A DNA stretch of 15,359 bases from Myxococcales bacterium (GTDB lineage Bacteria > Myxococcota > Myxococcia > Myxococcales > Anaeromyxobacteraceae): assembly GCA_038320275.1 (NCBI GenBank), contig JBBQEB010000090.1, forward strand, positions 1-15,359, written 5' to 3'. The translations under genes and the position numbers were made by a program. The notes under the pieces were generated by a model. That model was not told the DNA's origin, searched no databases, and worked only from the letters and a program-made list of their open reading frames with translations. Numbering within the stretch: the first letter of the stretch is position 1; each line of letters starts with the position of its first letter. Below, piece after piece: positions 1 through 6,096 of the stretch.

Positions 1-16
1 CAGAGCGAGGGGCCAA

Positions 17-430
17 ATGCGCCTCTACCGAGGGCTGAAGGAACGCTACCGGCCCGACAAGGTCGTCTCGCCGCCGCGGCAGCGGCTCTACGGGACCGAT
101 TTCACGGACTGTCCACTGACCGCGCTGCGGTACGCTCACGCGCGGCGCGGCACCGTGATCGTCCTCTACATCCAGCCTGATAAACTCAGGCTCACCCAGG
201 AGTTCTGGCTCGGCATGCGCGCCAAGCGCTTCAAGGCCTGGGGCAAGTTCGATGCGTTCATCACCGCAGTCTTGCCCGCGAAAGATCTCCGCGCGCTCAT
301 CCGGGTCAAGGGCGTGGCCAACGCTGGCGACGAGTATCAGGCCCTGGAGCTCAGGAGGAGGATCCAGGAGCTGATCGGCAGCGCCGGGACCGAGCCCGGT
401 TCGCCAGCGAGCCGAGCTGAAGGCCGTTAG
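17..430 (+). CDS. Hypothetical protein (137 aa), possible ADP-ribosyltransferase-like fold
   Basis: ATG at 17 is preceded by GAGGGG (7-12). The protein composition is not shadow-ORF-like. Motif order LYRG ... GTDFT ... ALRYA ... GTVIVLYI resembles ART-fold strands; the function is inferred only. Confidence 0.7.
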   Translation: MRLYRGLKERYRPDKVVSPPRQRLYGTDFTDCPLTALRYAHARRGTVIVLYIQPDKLRLTQEFWLGMRAKRFKAWGKFDAFITAVLPAKDLRALIRVKGVANAGDEYQALELRRRIQELIGSAGTEPGSPASRAEGR

Positions 431-893
431 GATCGGAGATGAGCCCCGCTCCGAGAAGGTGCTTCGTGGTCCTTCGCCCGACGTCGCTGATGGCGAGCGC
501 CTCGGCGACCGTGGATGGCTGGAGAGCGACGAGCGCCTCGCATGCCGCCCGTCGCAGACCGGGAAGACCGGCGAGGAGGGGCAGAGTGATCCGGAGGCCC
601 GTCGTCATTCGTCGCTGGCTGTCGGTGAGGTCGCCAGTGACCCCGTTCAGCCACCCGATCGTCGCGTCGTCGAGGAGCGTCTGGTTCGGGAACGTCACGC
701 GGAACGTCGCGACGCGATCCTCGAACACCGGGGGCGTCATGCCTGCCTGCCGCAGCGCCGCCACCATGGCGCCGATGCCGGAGCCGCGGTTCTCACAGAC
801 GGCAAATCGCTCGCCCGGGACCGCGACGTCCTCCAGCAGCTTCATCAGCACCTGATTCCTGGCTGACGAGACGCCCTCTTCCCCGAGCTGTTC
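431..893 (-). pseudogene. N-terminally truncated remnant of an AlbA_2/HATPase_c_4/wHTH-type protein ('ATP-dependent DNA helicase RecG C-terminal' domain)
   Basis: ORF 351..950 contains SARNQVLMKLLED...ENRGSGIGAM...GMTPPVFED...FRVTFP, the RN..L...E..GSGI...P.F...F.V.. signature of HATPase_c_4. LTDSQRR and a degenerate HTH-like segment (STVAEALAIS...HLLGAGLI) follow. The N-terminal domains are absent, and the ORF runs on into the convergent 17..430 gene. Boundaries are approximate. Confidence 0.7.
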
Positions 894-964
894 CCAGTCT
901 CGGCAACTTCGCCGCGTTCCTCCCTTGGGGGGAAAGGGACCGTCCCTCATCGGTGGGTAAGTAA

Positions 965-994
965 AGAAAAAACCCCCGGTCGAAACCGGGGGTT
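965..994 (-). terminator. Rho-independent terminator of tRNA-Gly
   Basis: The minus strand reads AACCCCCGGT-TTCG-ACCGGGGGTT then TTTTCTTT. This is a perfect 10-bp stem (971-980/985-994) with a UUCG loop and U-tract, starting 3 nt after the tRNA CCA. Confidence 0.9.
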
Positions 995-997
995 AGA

Positions 998-1072
998 TGG
1001 AGCGGGAAAAGGGATTTGAACCCTCGACCCTCGCCTTGGCAAGGCGATGCTCTACCGCTGAGCTATTCCCGC
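998..1072 (-). tRNA. tRNA-Gly (anticodon GCC)
   Basis: The minus strand reads GCGGGAATAGCTCAGCGGTAGAGCATCGCCTTGCCAAGGCGAGGGTCGAGGGTTCAAATCCCTTTTCCCGCTCCA (75 nt). It has a GCGGGAA/TTCCCGC acceptor stem, U discriminator, encoded CCA, GCC anticodon (plus-strand 1038-1040) and a TTCAAAT T-loop. Confidence 0.98.
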
Positions 1073-1092
1073 AAAATCGCTCGAAGGGCGCG

Positions 1093-1122
1093 TTTATAGG
1101 GGCGCTCGGCGCTGCCTGTCAA
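1093..1122 (-). promoter_or_regulatory. Sigma70/SigA-type promoter of tRNA-Gly
   Basis: Minus strand: TTGACA (1122-1117), 18-nt spacer, TATAAA (1098-1093), then a GC-rich discriminator CGCGCCC. It lies about 20 nt upstream of the mature tRNA 5' end. Confidence 0.85.
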
Positions 1123-1637
1123 GGGCGCTCCGCGGCTCTCCGCCGGGCCTCCACCGCGATCTCCCGGAGGAGGTACAGCACGATCGCGACGTTCAGCGCG
1201 GCCACCGCCACGCGCCAGGCGGAGCCTCGCCTCGCGATCTCCCTCACCTCGAGCGGCAGCGGCAGGGAGGTGGCTGCGACCACCAGCCACGGGCCCCAGC
1301 GATAGCCGCGCCAGAGGCTCCAGCCCTCCACCGCCGACAGCGCGGCGTCGAGCGTGAGGCCGATGCGCAGCACGTGGACGGCGCGCTCGCTCACCAGCGC
1401 CGCCAGGGCGCGCCCCGCGACGATGCTCCAGCGGCTGAGGACGTTCTCCCGGAGCTGATGGGCCAGCTCGCGCAGGGTGGCGAGCTCGCCGGTGGCGGCG
1501 AGGATGACGAGGCCGAGCGCGAGGCCGAGCTCGACCACGGTCTTCACCGCCTTGTAGGCGACGATGAGCCGGACCCCGAGATCGTTCCTCGCCCTCTGCT
1601 TCACCACCGGCAGACCGGTCGCTTGCTCCGATTCCAT
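1119..1637 (-). CDS. DUF2127-family inner membrane protein (172 aa)
   Basis: Several hydrophobic segments. Motifs GVRLIVAYKAVK and EGWSLWRGYRWGPWLVVAATSLPLPLEVREI are typical of DUF2127. A GAGG RBS lies upstream of ATG 1637. Confidence 0.85.
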   Translation of the reverse strand: MESEQATGLPVVKQRARNDLGVRLIVAYKAVKTVVELGLALGLVILAATGELATLRELAHQLRENVLSRWSIVAGRALAALVSERAVHVLRIGLTLDAALSAVEGWSLWRGYRWGPWLVVAATSLPLPLEVREIARRGSAWRVAVAALNVAIVLYLLREIAVEARRRAAERP

Positions 1638-1845
1638 GCATGACCTCTTCCCGTGCCCAGGGCCGGAGCGGCCCCCTTGCCCTCCTTCAGCACGTCACGG
1701 TCGTCGTCGGGCCACCAAGCTGTCGAGGTCGGCGCTGCAAATCGTCGCAGTCGATCGCGCGCGACGTGGGGCGCAGGCCCATCATGCCCGTGTCTTCCTC
1801 CGCGCGCCGCCCTACACGAGTGGTTCACCACACGAGGCGGACCCC

Positions 1846-2037
1846 ATGAGCTTCAGCGACACCTTCAAGAAGAACCCCGAGAAGCACGTCGACACTCCGG
1901 CGCAGGCCGAAGCGCGCACCGCGGCGGCGGCGGACGTGAAGTCGAAGACGGACGCCAAGACCGCGCGTGACGCGACGCTCCGGACCGCAAAGGAAAGCGC
2001 CGACGCTGCCAAGGAGGCCGGCGCGAAGGCGAAGTGA
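1846..2037 (+). CDS. Small Lys/Ala-rich hypothetical protein (63 aa, MSFSDTFKKNPEKH...AGAKAK)
   Basis: Internal ATG of track ORF 1564..2037 with GAGG at 1834-1837. Third codon positions are strongly G/C (AAG, GAC, GCC, ACC), unlike the upstream extension of the ORF. Confidence 0.75.
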   Translation: MSFSDTFKKNPEKHVDTPAQAEARTAAAADVKSKTDAKTARDATLRTAKESADAAKEAGAKAK

Positions 2038-2038
2038 C

Positions 2039-2225
2039 GGGCGGCTGACGTGAGCATCGCCGCGCCGCCTGCTCGGGGCGGCTGACGTGAGCGTCGCGGA
2101 CAACGCGGCATCCCGGCGGGGCCGACGTGAGCCCCGCGGGCAACGCAGTATTGCGGGGTGACTGCCACGAGCCTCGCTGCATCGCGAGGTAGCTAACGCG
2201 AGCCTGGCGGGCAGCGTGGCCCTGT
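2039..2225. repeat. Degenerate tandem array of about five 31-40 bp units with a 17-bp core GGGCGGCTGACGTGAGC
   Basis: Cores lie at 2039-2055 and 2076-2092 (identical), 2116-2132 (GCGGGGCCGACGTGAGC), 2156-2172 (12/17) and 2187-2203 (12/17). Periods are 37, 40, 40 and 31 bp. The array is intergenic between convergent genes. Confidence 0.75.
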
Positions 2226-2259
2226 CCTGGCCCTGATCAACAGTCTGGCGCAGGCGATC

Positions 2260-3150
2260 TCACTCTTTCTCGTGGCCGGAACGAGCCCGGGTCTTCTTCC
2301 GCGCCGCCCCCGGCCGGCGGCGGGGCGGCTCGGGAGCGGGTCCCTTCCGTCGAGTGCCGGTGGCTCTGCCAGGCGGGCTTGAAGCCCGGCCCGCGCGCAC
2401 CGCCACCGGGGCATCACCACCGGCGAGCTCGATGCCGAAGAGGTCCGCCAGCTCGCCGTTCCCGAGCGCTCCGCTGGCGGAGCAGGCTGGCGCGCCCACC
2501 GCCGTCAGCGCCGCCCCGTCGAGGGCCGCCGCGGCCAGCTCCGCGCCGTCGACGCCGCGCAGGGTGAAGAGGAGCTCGGGGGCCTCGTCGAGCCGGGCAC
2601 CCACCCCGTAGAGCACGGCCGCGAGGTGCTTGCACAGCCGGGCGCCGTCCGGGCACGAGCACTCCAGGTGGATCTCGCGCGTGGCCGGGAAGAGCCCGCG
2701 CTCGCGATGGCAGAGCTTCGCCATCACGGCATCCGACAGCTTTCCGGAGAGGAGCTCGACCACCGTGCCGACCTGGCCAGCGCATTCCTTCCGGACGGCC
2801 TTCCACCGGGAGACGGCGAGCGGCACGACGGCCACCATCACCTCGTAGACCTCGCTCCCGCAGACGAGCGCCCGCACCTCGCCCCGCGCGATCTGGAGAT
2901 CGATGACCGAGCCGCCGCGCACGTAGCTGCGGCCGCGCGGCAGGCGCGTCGCATAGTCCGCGAACGATTCGAGGTGCTCGCACCACGCCTTGCCCCAGAC
3001 GGTCGTCGCGATGGGGGCGCGCGGCGCGAGCACCACCGGGGCGGGCGCGCCGCCTTTCTTGCGGAGCTGCGCGAGCTTCTGCTTCGCCTTTGCGTGCCGC
3101 TGGGCGGCGGAGACGTAAGGGGGATAGCCGCCATCGTATCCGTAACGCAC
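2260..3150 (-). CDS. SWIM zinc-finger domain protein (~296 aa), partner of the SNF2 ATPase
   Basis: CSCPDGARLCKH (CxC-xn-CxH) at 2661-2626, plus family motifs WGKAWC, RLPRGRSYVRGGSV, GLFP and LLFTLRGVD. GTG 3150 has GGAGGAG (3163-3157) 6 nt upstream. An alternative GTG at 3168 overlaps the SNF2 stop. The track ORF's extension to 3747 is spurious. Confidence 0.9.
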   Translation of the reverse strand: MRYGYDGGYPPYVSAAQRHAKAKQKLAQLRKKGGAPAPVVLAPRAPIATTVWGKAWCEHLESFADYATRLPRGRSYVRGGSVIDLQIARGEVRALVCGSEVYEVMVAVVPLAVSRWKAVRKECAGQVGTVVELLSGKLSDAVMAKLCHRERGLFPATREIHLECSCPDGARLCKHLAAVLYGVGARLDEAPELLFTLRGVDGAELAAAALDGAALTAVGAPACSASGALGNGELADLFGIELAGGDAPVAVRAGRASSPPGRATGTRRKGPAPEPPRRRPGAARKKTRARSGHEKE

Positions 3151-3164
3151 GCTGCTCTCCTCCG

Positions 3165-5915
3165 TCACGCGTCCGCGGTGGCGCTCGCGAGGTCCAGCGA
3201 GACGAGCTTCAGGAGCTCCTTCTCGCCGAGCTCGGTGAGCCGCACCTCGCCGCCACCTTCTACCAGATCGCGCGCGAGCGTCGCCTTGCTCTCCAGCAGC
3301 GCGTCGATGCGCTCCTCCACCGTCCCGCGGCAGACGAGCTTGTGCACCAGCACCGGCCGCCGCTGTCCGATGCGAAAGGCGCGGTCGGTGGCCTGGTTCT
3401 CGACGGCCGGGTTCCACCAACGGTCGAAGTGGATCACGTGCGAGGCCGCGGTGAGGTTGAGCCCGGTGCCACCGGCCTTGAGCGACAGCACGAAGAAGGG
3501 CACCGCCTCGTCCTCCTGGAAGCGGCGGACCAAAATCTGCCGCGCCTTCACCGCGGTGGCGCCGGACAGGACCAGCCCCGGCCGGCCGAAGAGGCCGCCC
3601 AGGTAACGCGCCAGCGGCTCCGTCAGCTCCCGGAACTGGGTGAAGACGAGCGCCTTCTCGCCGCGAGAGGCGACCACGTCGGCGATCTCCGCCAGGCGCG
3701 CGAACTTGCCGCTCTCGGCGGGCGCATAGGCTCCATCGCCGGTCCACTGGGAGGGGTGGTTGCAGAGCTGCTTGAATCGCAGGAGGTACGACAGCACGAC
3801 CCCGCGCCGCTTCATCCCGGCCTGGCCCCCAGGGGCCTGGAGCTCGCTCGCGAGCCCCTCCACCGCCTCCTGGTACAGCGCCGCCTGCCGCTTGGTGAGG
3901 GAGCAGTACGCCTTCACCTCCGTCTTGCCGGGGAGATCGTCGATGACGGACCGGTCGGTCTTGAGCCGCCGCAGGATGTACGGCCGCACCAGCTCCCGCA
4001 GCGCCGCGTAGGGTGCGGGGCCACCGCTCGCCGGCCCGTGGCCGTCGGCCTCCTCGGCGGCGCGCTCCGCCCCCTTCACGAAGAGGCCAAAGGCCTTCGC
4101 GCTGCCGAGCAGGCCCGGGCTGAGGAAGTCGAAGATGGACCAGAGGTCACCGACCCGGTTCTCCACCGGAGTGCCGGTGAGCGCGACCCGCACCCGCGCC
4201 CGGAGCGCCTTCACGGCGCGCGTCTGCCGCGCGCCTGGATTCTTGAGCGCCTGCGCCTCGTCCACCACCGCCAGCCCGAAGCGGACCGCCGCCAGCCAGG
4301 GGAAGCGGGCCACCGAGCCGTAGGTGACGGCGACGAGGTCGTACCCTGCGAGCGCGTCGGCGCTCAGCCCGGCGAGCTCCTGACGCGTTGTCGCCGAAGG
4401 GTGCGCGACGAGCAGCCGCAGCGACGGCGCGAAGCGCTCCGCCTCGGCCTTCCAGTTGGCGAGGAGCGACGCGGGGACCACCAGGAGGTGCGGGCCGGGG
4501 AGCGCTCCGCTCCGCTTCAGGAGCAAGAGGAGCGCGAGGACCTGCACGGTCTTGCCGAGCCCCATGTCGTCGGCGAGGCAGCCGCCCAGCCCGAGCCGCG
4601 CCAGGGTGAGGAGCCAGCGCACGCCATCCCTCTGGTACGGCCGCAGCGTGGCGCGGAGGAGCGTTCCGGGCTCGGACTCCGCGTCGCCCCGGGGCCCTCG
4701 CAGCGCGGCGAGCGCATCGGCGAGCCACGGCCCAGGCTCGACCCCGAGCCAGGCGCGCTCGTCCTCGACGCCGGGAAGACCGTCGTCACCGGGGAGCCGG
4801 GCGCCGGCCGCGAGCCGCATCGCCTCCGCGAATGGGATCCCGTCCGACGCGGAGCGCTCCGCCTCCTGCCAAAGCTGGAGGAGCAGGTCGAGCTTCTCCC
4901 GATCCACCTCTACCCATTTGCCCTTCAGGAGCCGCAAGCCGTCGCCGCCCTCGCGCAGCGCGCGCAGCTCCTCGGCGCTGACCGGCTCGCCCTCCAGCGT
5001 GAGCCCAACCGTGAAGTCGAGCAGGGCGTCCGCGCCGAGACCTGCGGGCTTCCCCGAGCCGAGCTTCACCGTCACCCGTGGGCGCGGCGCGCGGCCGCGG
5101 CTCCACCAGCCGGGCACGCGCACCACCACGCCGCTCTCTTCCAGCCTCGGCAGCTCCCGCAGGAACCGGAGCGCCTCGTCCGCCGTCCACGCTTGCGGCG
5201 CGAAGAGGGCCCCCGCGTCGGCGAGGGACTTCACCAGGGCGCTCTGTCGTGAGGCGCGCTCCACGGGCGTGAGCAGCGCCAGGAGGCGCTTGCGGTCGGC
5301 GGCGGTCGCGGCGGCCCGGACGGCGTCGCCCAGCGGCCGATGCTGCGGCGTACCGTTGGCGCCGAGCCCGGTGGTGTAGGTGGCAAGGAAGGCGAATGGC
5401 CGTTCCGGGTCGCGCCTGTTCTCCGCGAGGTGAAGGTGGACGCGGCCGACCAGGTTCCAGGCGGCGCCGTGCTGACCGAGCCATGCCTCGACCGTGCCCT
5501 CGAAGGCCGCCATCTCCGCCCGCCAGGCCGCGAGCGCCTCCGAGAAGAGCGCCGTCAGCACGTCGAGCGAGAGGTACTCGGCGCCGGGCAGGGGAGGGGC
5601 GGCGAGGAGCAACTGCGCGAGCGCGGCGGAGGGCGCTCGAACCTCGGCGCGTTCCCGCAGGCTCTCGAGGTCAGGCACGGCGCATACCGCCGACATCACC
5701 TCGCGCCCCAGCTCGCGCCAGAAGGCCAAGGCCGGCGTCAGCGCGGCGTGCGCCTCGGCGGTGCCGAGGTGGAGCAGGCCCTGGCCCGCGCCGCGCTCGA
5801 AGGCGGCGGCGATGCCCGGGGCCGCCTCGCCTTCCAGCGCAGGCTCGCCAGCCCCGGCAGGCCGCAGCAGGAGGTGACCAGACGGGGAGAGCGCGAGGCA
5901 GAGCGGTGAGCCCAC
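3165..5915 (-). CDS. SNF2/SWI2-family (DEAD/DEAH-like) helicase-type ATPase (916 aa)
   Basis: Motifs LRPYQ, LADDMGLGKT (Walker A), DEAQ (Walker B), LTGTPVENR, ILRRLK, SGK, LVFTQF, SLKAGGTGLNLTAA and DRWWNPAVENQATDRAFRIGQ. Confidence 0.96.
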   Translation of the reverse strand: MGSPLCLALSPSGHLLLRPAGAGEPALEGEAAPGIAAAFERGAGQGLLHLGTAEAHAALTPALAFWRELGREVMSAVCAVPDLESLRERAEVRAPSAALAQLLLAAPPLPGAEYLSLDVLTALFSEALAAWRAEMAAFEGTVEAWLGQHGAAWNLVGRVHLHLAENRRDPERPFAFLATYTTGLGANGTPQHRPLGDAVRAAATAADRKRLLALLTPVERASRQSALVKSLADAGALFAPQAWTADEALRFLRELPRLEESGVVVRVPGWWSRGRAPRPRVTVKLGSGKPAGLGADALLDFTVGLTLEGEPVSAEELRALREGGDGLRLLKGKWVEVDREKLDLLLQLWQEAERSASDGIPFAEAMRLAAGARLPGDDGLPGVEDERAWLGVEPGPWLADALAALRGPRGDAESEPGTLLRATLRPYQRDGVRWLLTLARLGLGGCLADDMGLGKTVQVLALLLLLKRSGALPGPHLLVVPASLLANWKAEAERFAPSLRLLVAHPSATTRQELAGLSADALAGYDLVAVTYGSVARFPWLAAVRFGLAVVDEAQALKNPGARQTRAVKALRARVRVALTGTPVENRVGDLWSIFDFLSPGLLGSAKAFGLFVKGAERAAEEADGHGPASGGPAPYAALRELVRPYILRRLKTDRSVIDDLPGKTEVKAYCSLTKRQAALYQEAVEGLASELQAPGGQAGMKRRGVVLSYLLRFKQLCNHPSQWTGDGAYAPAESGKFARLAEIADVVASRGEKALVFTQFRELTEPLARYLGGLFGRPGLVLSGATAVKARQILVRRFQEDEAVPFFVLSLKAGGTGLNLTAASHVIHFDRWWNPAVENQATDRAFRIGQRRPVLVHKLVCRGTVEERIDALLESKATLARDLVEGGGEVRLTELGEKELLKLVSLDLASATADA

Positions 5916-6096
5916 GCGCGAAACCTACCCCGGACCACGCGGCGCGACCGCCCTTCCGGAAAGGCTTCGCCCCGGCCCTGCGCACGCACCGTTCGACGTG
6001 CCAAGTGAACCGCGCCTGAACGGCAGAGCGTGAACGCGCCGGAGGTGGCTCGTGACGAGCTTCCCTCGGCAGGTTACGGGCGCGGCCCTCCTCCGA

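Noticed and set aside
997..1305. 102-aa ORF starting MEREKGFEPSTLALARRCSTAELFP
   Set aside because: This is the typical antisense translation of a tRNA gene, continuing antisense to DUF2127.
1564..1845. Upstream part of ORF 1564..2037 and other short ORFs in the 1600-1850 interval
   Set aside because: Poor codon bias and overlap with the DUF2127 start. The interval is better explained as a divergent promoter region; no convincing promoter motif was identified.
2039..2225. Repeat array read as a mini-CRISPR
   Set aside because: The core is only 17 bp and degenerate, the 14-23 bp linkers resemble each other rather than being unique spacers, and there is no cas gene in the window.
3151..3747. 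N-terminal extension of the SWIM ORF (495 aa in the track), suggesting an overlap or fusion with SNF2
   Set aside because: It is an alternative-frame read of the SNF2 3' end. SNF2 has its own stop at 3165 and a strong RBS precedes GTG 3150.
5988..6004. Minus-strand TTGGCACG resembling a sigma54 -24 box upstream of SNF2
   Set aside because: The -12 position reads ACGG instead of TTGC, so the required GG-N10-GC spacing is not met.
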